A DNA stretch of 64,000 nt from assembly GCA_018814025.1 (NCBI GenBank), contig JAHJAM010000025.1:2530-66529 (forward strand), given 5' to 3'. Source of the stretch: Patescibacteria group bacterium (lineage in GTDB: Bacteria; Patescibacteriota; Patescibacteriia; UBA9934; GWF2-40-263). The notes beneath the pieces are model-generated. The model was not told the origin of the DNA. It made no database searches and saw only the letters and a program-made list of their open reading frames with translations. This document shows, one piece after another, positions 1 through 8,992 of the stretch. Within the stretch, counting starts at the first letter, position 1. Every line of letters starts with the position of its first letter. Both the position numbers and the translations under genes were made by a program.

Positions 1-56
1 AGCAAGACGCGGAGAAGAAGCTCGACGCGATCAATAATCAATTAAGCTCATGGTAA
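1..56 (+). CDS. 3' end of an upstream gene of unknown function (partial, frame 3, ends with TAA at 54-56)
   Basis: Open frame QDAEKKLDAINNQLSSW* runs to 4 nt before the tyrS start. Tight operon-like spacing. Confidence 0.3.
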   Translation, partial: QDAEKKLDAINNQLSSW

Positions 57-59
57 AGT

Positions 60-1271
60 ATGAAGACCAAGACTGATGACAAAAAAATTGAAGCTTTGCT
101 GACCCGCGGCGTGGAGAAGGTTTATCCGTCAGCCGGTTGGCTGAAAAAGGAATTGAAAAAAGGAAAACAGTTAACTTTGTATTTGGGTATTGATCCGACC
201 GGACCGACTTTGCATTTGGGGCACGCGATTGTTTTGAAGAAAATGCGCGAGTTCCAGGATTTGGGCCACAAACTGATTCTTTTGATCGGGGATTTTACCG
301 GCATGATCGGGGATCCGACCGATAAAACCGCGACCCGGCAGAGTTTGACGCGCGAGCAGGTTTTAAAAAACGCGGAGCACTATCAAGCGCAGGCGAGCAA
401 GTTCATCAGTTTTTCCGGTGCCAACAAAGCCGAGCTGAAATATAACAGCCAATGGTTTGATCGGATGAGCATGCGGGAAGTCGTGGAATTATCAGCCAAT
501 TTCAGCGTCCAGCGTTTGCTGGAGCGGGATATGTTTCAGAAAAGAATGACCGAAGGCAAGACGATTCATTTACACGAGTTCATTTATCCGCTCTTGCAGG
601 CTTATGACAGCGTGGTGATGGAGGTGGACGGGGAAGTGGGCGGCAATGACCAGACTTTCAACATGCTGACGGGCCGGGATTTGATGAAAAAAATGAAGGA
701 GCGGGAAAAGTTCGTGTTAACCACCAAGCTGTTGGTTGATCCGACCGGCAAGAAAATGGGCAAGAGCGAAGGGAACATGATCACTCTGGCGGATTCGGCG
801 CAAGAGATGTTCGGCAAGGTGATGAGCTGGCCGGATGAACTGATTGTCAGGGGTTTTGAACTGCTGACCGACGCGCCGGAGAAGGAGATTAAGGAAATCG
901 AAAAAGGAATGAAGAGCGGGAAAGTCAATCCGCGCGATGCCAAAGCGCGTTTGGCTTACCAAGTGGCGAATTTTTACCATGGCGCAAAAGAAGCCGACAA
1001 AGCCCAAGATGATTTTGCGAAAATGTTCAAGCAAAAGGAGACACCGGACGACGTCAAGGAATATAAGATTAAGGGCAAGCAGCAAAATATTTTGGAGATC
1101 TTGGTTGAGAGCAAATTGGCGGCGTCAAAAACCGAGGCTCGGCGCTTAATCGACGGCGGGGGAGTGAAGGCCAACGGCCACGCGATCGAGGGTTATGATG
1201 TGGAAATTATTCCGGGCAAAAAAGGCGTGTTAATCCAAAAAGGCAAGCGGCATTTTATCAAAGTGATTTAG
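60..1271 (+). CDS. tyrS: tyrosyl-tRNA synthetase (class I, with C-terminal S4 domain)
   Basis: HIGH-type motif 'TLHLGHAIVL', KMSKS-type motif 'KKMGKSEGN', S4-like C-terminus. Confidence 0.93.
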   Translation: MKTKTDDKKIEALLTRGVEKVYPSAGWLKKELKKGKQLTLYLGIDPTGPTLHLGHAIVLKKMREFQDLGHKLILLIGDFTGMIGDPTDKTATRQSLTREQVLKNAEHYQAQASKFISFSGANKAELKYNSQWFDRMSMREVVELSANFSVQRLLERDMFQKRMTEGKTIHLHEFIYPLLQAYDSVVMEVDGEVGGNDQTFNMLTGRDLMKKMKEREKFVLTTKLLVDPTGKKMGKSEGNMITLADSAQEMFGKVMSWPDELIVRGFELLTDAPEKEIKEIEKGMKSGKVNPRDAKARLAYQVANFYHGAKEADKAQDDFAKMFKQKETPDDVKEYKIKGKQQNILEILVESKLAASKTEARRLIDGGGVKANGHAIEGYDVEIIPGKKGVLIQKGKRHFIKVI

Positions 1272-1272
1272 T

Positions 1273-2979
1273 ATGTACGTCTGGGAACAAGCGCAGAAGC
1301 AAATCAGCCAAGAATTGAAGAAACATTTGGGCCAGAAGTTTGCCGTGTCAGCGTCTGATTTATTGACGCCGCCCAATCCGAAAATGGGGCATTTGGCTTT
1401 CGTGTGTTTCGCCGCGGCCAAGAGTTTGAAGCGGAACCCTCAAGAATTGGCCGCGGAGCTGGTTTTGAAAATTAAGACCGAAGGCTTGATTCAAGCCGTG
1501 GAGGCGCAAGGGCCGTATTTGAATTTCTTTTTGGATTTGCAGAATTTTGGGGCAGCGGTTTTGAGCGAAATATTGAAAGAGGGCAAGCAGTATGGACGCA
1601 ATGCCACCGGTCAAAAGAAAAAAGTGATGGTGGAGTATGCCAATCCCAACACGCACAAGGATGTGCACGTGGGGCATTTGCGGAATTTCGTGGTCGGGCA
1701 AGTAGCCGTGAATTTATTGAACGAAAACGGCTATCAAACCATTCCGGTTTCTTATATTAATGATTTAGGCGCGAATGTGGCCGCGTGTTTGTGGGGTATT
1801 AAGAATTTATCTAAAGGGAAAGAGCCGAAGAAGCAGGATCAAATGCAGTTTTTAAGCCGGATGTACGTGAAAGCCACGGCTCAAATGCAAGCGGATCCAA
1901 AAGTTAAAGAGGCAGTGTCAAAGATCCATTTGGAATTGGAAGAACAGAAAGGCGAATATCTTAATTTGTGGAAAAAGACGCATAAGTGGTCGGAAGATTA
2001 CTTAAAATCCGTGTTTGCTGATTTTAATTTGCCGATTCAGAAGTATTATTGGGAAAGCGATTTGATTGCGGACACAAAAAAGGCCGTTCAGGAGCTATTA
2101 AAGAAGAAGATTGCCAAAAAGAGCCAAGGGGCAATTATCGTGGATTTGGAAAAGCAGAATTTAGGCGTGGACTTGCTGGTTAAATCCGATGGCGCGCTGC
2201 TTTATAACGCTAAAGACATTGCGCTGGCCGTGAAAAAGAAAAAGGATTATCAGGCAGAGCAAAGTATTTACGTAATTGATGCGCGGCAGTCGTTGGCCAT
2301 GAAACAATTGTTCGCGGTTTTAGCCAAGATGAAATTCAAGCAAGACTTGCGGCACTTGGCTTATGATTTTGTGACTCTGCCGGAGGGAGCCATGTCTTCG
2401 CGCAAGGGCACGGTGATCCGCTATGAGGATTTTCGCGATGAAGTGACGGCTTTGGCCAGGAAGGAAACCAAGAAACGGCACAAGGGCTGGAGCGCCAAGA
2501 AATTAGATCAGACCGCGCGTTCGATCGCTTTGGCGGCCATCCGTTTTTCCATGCTCAAGCAGGATTTGAACAAAGTGATTGTTTTTGATCCCCAAGAAGC
2601 CTTGGCTTTTGACGGTTATTCCGGACCTTATCTTTTGTATACTTATGCGCGGATCAATAGCATTTTGAAAAAGGCGGGCCAAGCTTCTGGCCAACCTAAA
2701 GGCGATGATTTGCAAGAAACCGTGGAGCGGGAATTGGTGATGCTGCTGGCTCAATATCCGTCCGTGGTGCGGGAAGCCGGGGAAACATTGCAGTTATCGC
2801 AATTGGTGCATTACGCCTTCGACTTGTCGAAGAAGTTTGCGGAATATTATGAGCGGGTGCCGGTGGCGCAGGCCGAGCCGGAAGTGCGGGCCACGCGTTT
2901 GGCCACGGTCAAATCCGTGCAGCAAGTACTGGCCAACGTTTTGACCTTGCTGTCGATTGAACCGGTTAAAGAGATGTAA
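1273..2979 (+). CDS. argS: arginyl-tRNA synthetase
   Basis: 'NPNTHKDVHVGHLRN' HIGH motif typical of ArgRS. DALR anticodon-binding-like C-terminus. 568 aa. Confidence 0.92.
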   Translation: MYVWEQAQKQISQELKKHLGQKFAVSASDLLTPPNPKMGHLAFVCFAAAKSLKRNPQELAAELVLKIKTEGLIQAVEAQGPYLNFFLDLQNFGAAVLSEILKEGKQYGRNATGQKKKVMVEYANPNTHKDVHVGHLRNFVVGQVAVNLLNENGYQTIPVSYINDLGANVAACLWGIKNLSKGKEPKKQDQMQFLSRMYVKATAQMQADPKVKEAVSKIHLELEEQKGEYLNLWKKTHKWSEDYLKSVFADFNLPIQKYYWESDLIADTKKAVQELLKKKIAKKSQGAIIVDLEKQNLGVDLLVKSDGALLYNAKDIALAVKKKKDYQAEQSIYVIDARQSLAMKQLFAVLAKMKFKQDLRHLAYDFVTLPEGAMSSRKGTVIRYEDFRDEVTALARKETKKRHKGWSAKKLDQTARSIALAAIRFSMLKQDLNKVIVFDPQEALAFDGYSGPYLLYTYARINSILKKAGQASGQPKGDDLQETVERELVMLLAQYPSVVREAGETLQLSQLVHYAFDLSKKFAEYYERVPVAQAEPEVRATRLATVKSVQQVLANVLTLLSIEPVKEM

Positions 2980-2989
2980 AAAGAATTAA

Positions 2990-3020
2990 AAAGAGCCTCG
3001 CGGGTGCGGGGCTCTTTGAG
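2990..3020. terminator. GC-rich hairpin followed by a T-run, between convergent argS and the radical-SAM-like gene
   Basis: AGAGCCTCGCGGGTGCGGGGCTCT stem-loop followed by TTGAGTTTG. Confidence 0.5.
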
Positions 3021-3033
3021 TTTGCAGACCAGT

Positions 3034-4218
3034 TTAGGTCTTGGGGTTGAGGGGGAAATCGCGACTGTGGAGCAAGTCATGCTCCCAATCGGTTTGGCAG
3101 TCGCAGGTGATGGTGTAGCCGTTGCCGAACACGCCAGGGTTCAGGGTTTGGCGCCAGGCCGTGATTTGACTCAGGAGCCGGTGGTCGCAATGACCGCAGT
3201 TGCGAGGCCAATCGATCGGTCGAGGAATTTCATCATCCCAGCGGCCGAGCATGACCGGACCCAGATGAGCGGTTTGTTTCAAGACCTCGATGATGGTCCA
3301 GAGCCAGGGCGGCCGGAAGCCGTTTTCCCGGTTCCAAGCAACCATTTGCGGAGTGCCGGGCGAGATGTACAGAGCTTGGAGCAACACTTCATCAACACCC
3401 GCGCCGAAGACGTAGCTGATGGATTCGATGCATTGGTCCAAAGCGTAACCTTCGCCCATGACCAAGTGCGGTTTGAGCATCAGATAGACCGAGACTCGAC
3501 CGCCGAGGTCTTTGACTAGGCGGACGCTTTTTTCAAAAGACCGTTTGCCAATACCTTTGTGCATCAACTTGTTGCGGACGTGGTCGTTTTCGGTTTCGAA
3601 GCCGATAGCGATGTCGAGCGTTTTTCTGTTAGTAGCCAGATTATCGACCAAGGGACCAACCAGTTCTGGGGTGATGTAGGGCAAGCGTGATTCAATGCGC
3701 ACGGTTTGCGCTTGGCTTTGCTCGCCGACACGGCGGATCATCTCTAGCTGGGCATCCTGCGGAATTTCTCCGGGGTTCAGGAAAGAACCGGCCGTAAAAA
3801 TGTTGATGATGTCCACGGATTCGCGCATGGTGGCGAAACCGGCTTGGAAAATGGACAGGAATTCCTGCTCGCCGATCGGTAAGTCGCCGACATATTCGTC
3901 GACCGCCTGCTGGAAGGGGCAAAAGCTGCAACCATGGTGCTTGTTCAGGGCCCAAGCGCAGCCGCCGGGCAAATACATGAAGCCATGGGTGCCGACCCGC
4001 GAGAGTTGCGGAATATATCGAGTGTCAGTGAAGTAAACGATCTCGCCGGCCATTTGGTTGAGCAGCCGGCGAGCTTTCTCAGCTGCTAACAGATTGCGGC
4101 TGAGGCTGCCCAATAAGGACATCAAATGCGTGGGCAATTCCCGGTTCCAGAATTTTCGATGAAAAATTCGGGGTTTGTTCGGGACATTGGCCCGCACCCC
4201 CCGATTGTACGGTGCCAT
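3034..4218 (-). CDS. putative Fe-S / radical-SAM-superfamily-like enzyme with a non-canonical Cys cluster
   Basis: Long ORF. Most plausible start is ATG 4218-4216 (MAPYNRG...) with GGAGA RBS. Cys cluster 'CAWALNKHHGCSFC' (Cx9Cx2C), plus a C-terminal Cys-rich region 'NCGHCDH...CDC'. 'GFETEND' glycine-rich segment. Confidence 0.55.
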   Translation of the reverse strand: MAPYNRGVRANVPNKPRIFHRKFWNRELPTHLMSLLGSLSRNLLAAEKARRLLNQMAGEIVYFTDTRYIPQLSRVGTHGFMYLPGGCAWALNKHHGCSFCPFQQAVDEYVGDLPIGEQEFLSIFQAGFATMRESVDIINIFTAGSFLNPGEIPQDAQLEMIRRVGEQSQAQTVRIESRLPYITPELVGPLVDNLATNRKTLDIAIGFETENDHVRNKLMHKGIGKRSFEKSVRLVKDLGGRVSVYLMLKPHLVMGEGYALDQCIESISYVFGAGVDEVLLQALYISPGTPQMVAWNRENGFRPPWLWTIIEVLKQTAHLGPVMLGRWDDEIPRPIDWPRNCGHCDHRLLSQITAWRQTLNPGVFGNGYTITCDCQTDWEHDLLHSRDFPLNPKT

Positions 4219-4231
4219 GATTGTCTCCTTG

Positions 4232-4360
4232 GTTTTGGGTGAAAAGAACCAGCGCGCATTATCCCATTTATCAAGGTGATGAGCAAACTTTTGAATAACT
4301 AATGCTCGTGGTATATTAGTGGCGGTTCTTTCAACCTTACCAGATCGGGAGAGTGGCAAG
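4232..4360. promoter_or_regulatory. divergent promoter region between the radical-SAM-like gene (-) and the GNAT-like gene (+)
   Basis: AT-rich region with an extended -10 like 'gTGgTATATT' around 4303-4312. Confidence 0.3.
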
Positions 4361-5137
4361 ATGACGCAATCATTTGATATCCGACAAGCAACGCCGGCCA
4401 TGGTGCCTGAAATTCAGGCTTTGGATGTGGCGGCCTGGGGCAAAGAAAGCGCGGCTTCGGAGGAGATGATCGAGAGTCGAATCAAGCTCAATCCTTTCGG
4501 CAACTATGTGGCCGTGGAAAAGGGAACGAATCGAATCGTGGGTTCGGTTTTTTCGCTGATCACCGATGACAAGCCGATCAAGACTTGGCTTGAGTCAACG
4601 GGGAACGGGACGTGCAAAGATGTGTTCAATCCCTTCGGGGAGGTGATGTTCGGAGTGAATTTGGCCGTGCTGCCGGATAGGCAGGGAATGCAGGCGGGAT
4701 TCAGTCTGTTCACCCGGGCCGTGAGTTTGGTCTGGATCTTCGGCATCAAATACGGTCGGATGGGTGCGCGCATGCCCGAGTTCCATAAATGGAGCGGTTT
4801 GTTCGCGGCCGAGGATTATGCCCATCTTTACATTTCTGACGATGAGATTTTTTTCGTCAAAAATCAGGAGATTCGCGGTACGGACTTTGATCCGATCAAG
4901 GCTCTGCGCGATCAAAACAGCCAGGAGAAGTTGTCGCCGTCAGAATGGCCGATCGGACCGCGTCGCAGTTTGCGTCAAATGAAACCGCTGGACGGGGAGC
5001 TGGCCTTTTTTTGCTCCTGCGTGGTCCGAGATCGGCCAGTGGAGATCGCGGGTTTTTTGCCTGACTATTTCCCATCTGATACGGAAAGCGAGGGTCACGC
5101 CGTGCTTTTGGAATGGCGTAACCCGGATTTTGACTGA
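4361..5137 (+). CDS. GNAT-like acyltransferase (putative)
   Basis: Start 'MTQSFDIRQATPAMVPEIQALDVAAWGKE...' is a typical GNAT N-terminus. Preceded by GGGAGAG RBS. Confidence 0.5.
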   Translation: MTQSFDIRQATPAMVPEIQALDVAAWGKESAASEEMIESRIKLNPFGNYVAVEKGTNRIVGSVFSLITDDKPIKTWLESTGNGTCKDVFNPFGEVMFGVNLAVLPDRQGMQAGFSLFTRAVSLVWIFGIKYGRMGARMPEFHKWSGLFAAEDYAHLYISDDEIFFVKNQEIRGTDFDPIKALRDQNSQEKLSPSEWPIGPRRSLRQMKPLDGELAFFCSCVVRDRPVEIAGFLPDYFPSDTESEGHAVLLEWRNPDFD

Positions 5138-5157
5138 TCTTTTTCTCGCTCACTTTA

Positions 5158-5186
5158 AGACCGGATACCTTCCGGTCTTTTTTTCT
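5158..5186 (+). terminator. rho-independent terminator
   Basis: AGACCGGA-TACCT-TCCGGTCT hairpin followed by TTTTTTT. Confidence 0.8.
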
Positions 5187-5205
5187 GGTAGAATATAGAT
5201 ACTTT

Positions 5206-6795
5206 ATGTTTAGTTTGGCTGCTTTCCTTTTTATTAACTTGTTCGCCCTTTTCTTCGGGGGAATGGTTTTGATTAGGGACAAAAAATTGAAATCGAATCG
5301 TTTGTTTTTTATCTGGGTAATTTTAATTGTTTCATGGATTACCTTAAATTTTTTTGAAGAAGAAGAATATTTAGGATTAGCAATTCGGGAAATCCTATTG
5401 AGATCGGATTTTTCAATCGCAATTATCGGGGCGGGAATTTTGTTGTTGTTCGTTTTGAATTTTCCTAAAAAAACGACACAGTTGAAGCGAGATTTGTTAA
5501 TATTGACCCCATCTTTTATCTTGGCTTTTGCGTCGCTGACAGATTTATTGCTTTACAATGTTCGGATTACCAATCAAGGGACGATAATTTTTGCAGAGAA
5601 TTTCGGTTTTTATCTTTATGGATTATTGTTGATTGGTTATTTTGCCTTTTCGATCATAATTTTGACGAAAAAATTTAAAATAAGTAAACCGCCGTTACGC
5701 GGTCAAATCAAATCGATTCTCATCGGTCTTTCTTTCAGTTTAATAATTGGAACCGTCACCAATTTGTTTTTGCAAAATATTTTATCGGTCGACGTGTTTC
5801 GTTTTGGCATGTATTCATTAATATTTTTTATCGCGGGTACGGCTTATGCCGTTTTAAAATATGAATTTTTACGAATTCGTTTTTTAGTAGTGGAGTTTTT
5901 ACTTTTAGGAATTCTCGCAACCTTGTTAGCGCAAGTATTGGTGGCAGAAGGTTTGGTCGAGGCTTTGGTGTCATTAATTTCTTTCGTGGCCATGCTGGTT
6001 TTGGGATTTACCCTAATCAGAAGCACTTATAAAGAAACTGAACAACGTAAACAATTGGAAGTATTAACAAGGAAACTTGAAGCCAGCAATAAAAAACTCA
6101 AAGAATTGGATCAGACCAAAACGACATTTCTTTCCGTGGCTTCGCATCAATTGCGCACGCCGCTGGCGATTGCCAAGGGTTATTTAACCACGCTTGAGCG
6201 GGGCATGCTGGGCAAGCTGGCGCCCAAGCAGCTCAAGGCAGTGGAAACTTTATCCAAGAGCAACAATGAGCCGGTGGCTTTAGTGAATGAACTTTTGGAT
6301 TTGTCGCGGATTGAGTCCGGGCGTTTGGTGGCCGAAGTGACTGATGTGGATTTGCTGCCGGTCATCGATGAGATTTTTGAATACTGGCAACCCAAGGCCG
6401 CGGAAAAGAAATTGAAGTTTGTTTGGAATCGGCCAAAAGGCAAGTTAATGGTGAAAGCGGATCCGGATCGAGTCAAGGAAGTGGTGAAGAATTTTATCGA
6501 TAATGGGGTGAAGTATACGGAAAAAGGCAAAGTGGCGGTGAGCGCGGGCCAGGATGAGCAAGGCGCATATTTTCGGGTAACGGATTCCGGTTATGGCATG
6601 ACCAAAGAAGATCTTAGCCATTTGTTTGAAAAATTCGCTTCCGGATCAGCTTCGAAGAAAGTAAAAATTACTTCCGGCTTCGGCTTATTCGTGGTGAAAA
6701 ATATCGTGGAAGCCATGGGCGGGTCAGTGACCGGCCAGAGCGCGGGGCCGGGACAAGGATCGACTTTCGAGGCTCGATTTAAGCCGGGCAAATAG
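5206..6795 (+). CDS. sensor histidine kinase with an N-terminal polytopic membrane domain
   Basis: Multiple TM helices. Coiled-coil. H-box 'SVASHQLRTPLAIAKGYL'. HATPase_c motifs 'DSGYGMTKEDL', 'GFGLFVVKNIVEAMGG'. Confidence 0.88.
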   Translation: MFSLAAFLFINLFALFFGGMVLIRDKKLKSNRLFFIWVILIVSWITLNFFEEEEYLGLAIREILLRSDFSIAIIGAGILLLFVLNFPKKTTQLKRDLLILTPSFILAFASLTDLLLYNVRITNQGTIIFAENFGFYLYGLLLIGYFAFSIIILTKKFKISKPPLRGQIKSILIGLSFSLIIGTVTNLFLQNILSVDVFRFGMYSLIFFIAGTAYAVLKYEFLRIRFLVVEFLLLGILATLLAQVLVAEGLVEALVSLISFVAMLVLGFTLIRSTYKETEQRKQLEVLTRKLEASNKKLKELDQTKTTFLSVASHQLRTPLAIAKGYLTTLERGMLGKLAPKQLKAVETLSKSNNEPVALVNELLDLSRIESGRLVAEVTDVDLLPVIDEIFEYWQPKAAEKKLKFVWNRPKGKLMVKADPDRVKEVVKNFIDNGVKYTEKGKVAVSAGQDEQGAYFRVTDSGYGMTKEDLSHLFEKFASGSASKKVKITSGFGLFVVKNIVEAMGGSVTGQSAGPGQGSTFEARFKPGK

Positions 6796-6899
6796 GCCGG
6801 GCTTGTGCGTATCTTCGGTTGACCGGCGGGGCAGACATGCTATGATTCAAATAATAAGTGGGGGCCAGATCTTGGATCCCTTTTTGGTATAAAAATATT

Positions 6900-7262
6900 A
6901 TGAGTGCTTCACAAAATGAAACAATTATCGCCGAGGGGGTGAAAATGGACGGTGATTTTGTCAGCCAGGGCCACGTGGTGATTGACGGCGATGTCACCGG
7001 ATCCGTGCAAACCAGTCAGTCGTTGCGCGTGGGTGAAACCGCCAAGATTCACGCGGATATTTCGGCTGGTTCGGCTGTGATTGCCGGCGAGGTTGAAGGC
7101 AATGTCCGGGTGGTGGATCGTTTGGATATTACCGAGACCGCGATGATTCACGGCGATGTGGAAACGCAAGTATTGTCCGTGGCCGCGGGGGCGCAGTTGA
7201 ACGGACGAGTAACCATGAATCAAAGCAATCAGTCGAATGCGGAGGCGTCAGAAGCTGATTAA
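6900..7262 (+). CDS. bactofilin (polymer-forming cytoskeletal protein, DUF583/CcmA family)
   Basis: Beta-helical repeats 'VVIDGDVTGSV...AKIHADISAGSAVIAGEVEGNVRVVDRLDI...'. Confidence 0.8.
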   Translation: MSASQNETIIAEGVKMDGDFVSQGHVVIDGDVTGSVQTSQSLRVGETAKIHADISAGSAVIAGEVEGNVRVVDRLDITETAMIHGDVETQVLSVAAGAQLNGRVTMNQSNQSNAEASEAD

Positions 7263-7269
7263 GATCAAC

Positions 7270-8022
7270 ATGTACTATTACATTTACGACGAATTCATTC
7301 AGGATAAGCGCTACGAAAAGGAATTGATCCGGATTGAAAATCGCTTGGCGGATCTTGGCATTACCGGCAAGATTTCCCGCTTGGCTTTATTTCGCGATCC
7401 CACGGAAATGATTGCCGATGAAGTGAGCCGGGGAGTATCCACGGTGGTAGCCGTGGGCAATGATCAAACCGTGCGGAAAATTATCGATGTGGTGGCGGAT
7501 CAGAATGTGATTTTCGGCTTGATTCCATTGGGGACGCCGAATAATTTGGCTAAACTATTAGGCTTGCCCGAAGGCGTGCCGGCTTGCGATATATTATCCG
7601 CCCGTAGCATTGAGACGATCGATCTTGGTTCCGTGAACGGGCGCCGTTTTATCTCCGGATTGTCGGTGCCGAATTTTTCCGCGGAGATTACTTATGACGG
7701 CAAATTCAAAATTGAACCGGCTCGGCCCGGGACTTTGGAAATTCGCAATCTGGCCGGGGCGGAAATTTCCCGCGAGACGCTGGCGGATCCGCGCGACGGC
7801 TTGTTTGAAACTACGATTCGGGTGGGTTTGAAGAAGGGCTGGAATTTTTTTAAAAAACAAAAATACGGAGAAAGCTTGCTGACCTCGCGGCGCTTGGCCA
7901 TTCGCAGTCGAGAACCGATTTCGTTGATCGCGGATGGAGAAGAAATGATCGATAAGCGTTTTGACATCCGAATGAACCCGCAGCCGCTGCAGGTGATTAC
8001 CAGTCGGCGGAGAATGTTTTGA
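7270..8022 (+). CDS. diacylglycerol/lipid kinase catalytic-domain protein (YegS/DagK-like)
   Basis: 'VVAVGNDQTVRKIIDVVADQNVIFGLIPLGTPNNLAK' matches the DAGK_cat GGDG-type motif region. Confidence 0.7.
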   Translation: MYYYIYDEFIQDKRYEKELIRIENRLADLGITGKISRLALFRDPTEMIADEVSRGVSTVVAVGNDQTVRKIIDVVADQNVIFGLIPLGTPNNLAKLLGLPEGVPACDILSARSIETIDLGSVNGRRFISGLSVPNFSAEITYDGKFKIEPARPGTLEIRNLAGAEISRETLADPRDGLFETTIRVGLKKGWNFFKKQKYGESLLTSRRLAIRSREPISLIADGEEMIDKRFDIRMNPQPLQVITSRRRMF

Positions 8023-8042
8023 AAATTGAATAGCATACTCGG

Positions 8043-8081
8043 CCACGTAAAAACACCAGACTCGCTGGTGTTTTTACGTGG
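8043..8081. terminator. bidirectional terminator hairpin shared by the lipid-kinase gene (+) and tRNA-Val (-)
   Basis: CCACGTAAAAACACCAG-ACTCGC-TGGTGTTTTTACGTGG, a perfect 16-bp stem with A/T runs on both sides. Confidence 0.8.
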
Positions 8082-8155
8082 TGGATGTTGAGGGATTCGA
8101 ACCCCCGACCTTCTCGGTGTAAACGAGACGCTCTAACCAACTGAGCTAAACATCC
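8079..8155 (-). tRNA. tRNA-Val (anticodon TAC)
   Basis: Reverse complement folds as GGATGTT/AACATCC acceptor, D-arm GCTC..GAGC, anticodon loop TTTACAC, T-arm GGGGG-TTCGAAT-CCCTC, encoded CCA. Confidence 0.9.
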
Positions 8156-8204
8156 AAATGACGCAGGAAGCGTATCAAAAATATTCTAATATTTCAAGGG
8201 TTGA

Positions 8205-8233
8205 TTGACCGGAAGAATTTTACAATATATAAT
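8205..8233 (+). promoter_or_regulatory. near-consensus sigma70 promoter TTGACC-N17-TATAAT
   Basis: -35 at 8205-8210 and -10 at 8228-8233 with 17-nt spacing. Followed by GGAGGG RBS and a GTG start. Confidence 0.7.
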
Positions 8234-8268
8234 TTTTCAATCGTTCTTTTTCGAGACGGGAGGGAAGC

Positions 8269-8508
8269 GTGAAGATTACTGTTTCAACAGTTCATGGTTT
8301 CATCCAGCGAACCAGTCAGCGCGGGCCGATCGACACAGGCGAGATCGTCAAAGCATTCGGGGTGAGCAACTTCAAACAGCACCAGAAGCTCGACGGCATT
8401 GTCAGTCATTTGGCTGGCCAGAATATGATTGTTCGCATCGGAACTTCTGTCCAAACTCGCAACGTGATTAAGCAGACCAAGGACACTGACGCACGGTGCA
8501 CGGTCTGA
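8269..8508 (+). CDS. small hypothetical protein (79 aa), paralogue of the 8657 gene
   Basis: GTG start 7 nt after GGGAGGG. Own promoter and terminator. 'GFIQRTSQRGPIDTGEIVKAF' resembles 'GFIQARGGPVTDMDLADHF' in the next gene. Confidence 0.6.
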   Translation: MKITVSTVHGFIQRTSQRGPIDTGEIVKAFGVSNFKQHQKLDGIVSHLAGQNMIVRIGTSVQTRNVIKQTKDTDARCTV

Positions 8509-8531
8509 TTCTCGCTTCGGCGATCTCTGAA

Positions 8532-8557
8532 ATCCCTGGGCCACCGGGGATTTTTTA
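8532..8557 (+). terminator. rho-independent terminator
   Basis: ATCCCTGG-GCCA-CCGGGGAT stem followed by TTTTTTAT. Confidence 0.6.
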
Positions 8558-8574
8558 TCCCCAACCGGTGAGGG

Positions 8575-8603
8575 TTGACGCACTTTTGGCAAACCGGTAC
8601 AAT
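8575..8603 (+). promoter_or_regulatory. near-consensus sigma70 promoter TTGACG-N17-TACAAT
   Basis: -35 at 8575-8580, -10 at 8598-8603. Downstream GGAGGGAA RBS before ATG 8657. Confidence 0.65.
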
Positions 8604-8656
8604 TCGCCGCACGTTCTTTTTTACTCCACCTTTTGGGTGTTGCCGCGGAGGGAACA

Positions 8657-8890
8657 ATGGCAGATATGAGCAACGAGGTGATCGGCTTCATTCAAGCTCG
8701 CGGGGGGCCGGTTACGGATATGGATTTGGCGGATCATTTCAACATCCTGGAGGATCCGAACCGAGTCATTCCCATCTTTCGGGCAATCAACGAGTCGCTT
8801 CGGCGCGGAACCCTGGAGCGCCTTCCAGCTACCCATCCGATCAATGGCGGTCGGCTGGTGGTCAAACTGGCCACGGACGCCATTGCCTGA
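8657..8890 (+). CDS. small hypothetical protein (78 aa), paralogue of the 8269 gene
   Basis: ATG after GCGGAGGGAAC RBS (MADMSNEVIGFIQARGGPV...). The ORF track's earlier start, 8633, lacks an RBS. Confidence 0.6.
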   Translation: MADMSNEVIGFIQARGGPVTDMDLADHFNILEDPNRVIPIFRAINESLRRGTLERLPATHPINGGRLVVKLATDAIA

Positions 8891-8904
8891 GCAATCAGGC
8901 CAAC

Positions 8905-8936
8905 TTCTTCTAAACCCTGACTTCGGTCGGGGTTTT
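8905..8936 (+). terminator. rho-independent terminator with UUCG tetraloop
   Basis: AAACCCTGAC-TTCG-GTCGGGGTTT followed by a T/A run. Confidence 0.65.
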
Positions 8937-8992
8937 TAATTAGTCTCTTGAACAAATGATTATTTTGGGATACACTTTTGCCCACAAGATAG

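Noticed and set aside
3004-3519. 171-aa plus-strand ORF
   Set aside because: Lies entirely antisense to the well-supported minus-strand Fe-S enzyme gene. No RBS. Composition typical of a shadow ORF.
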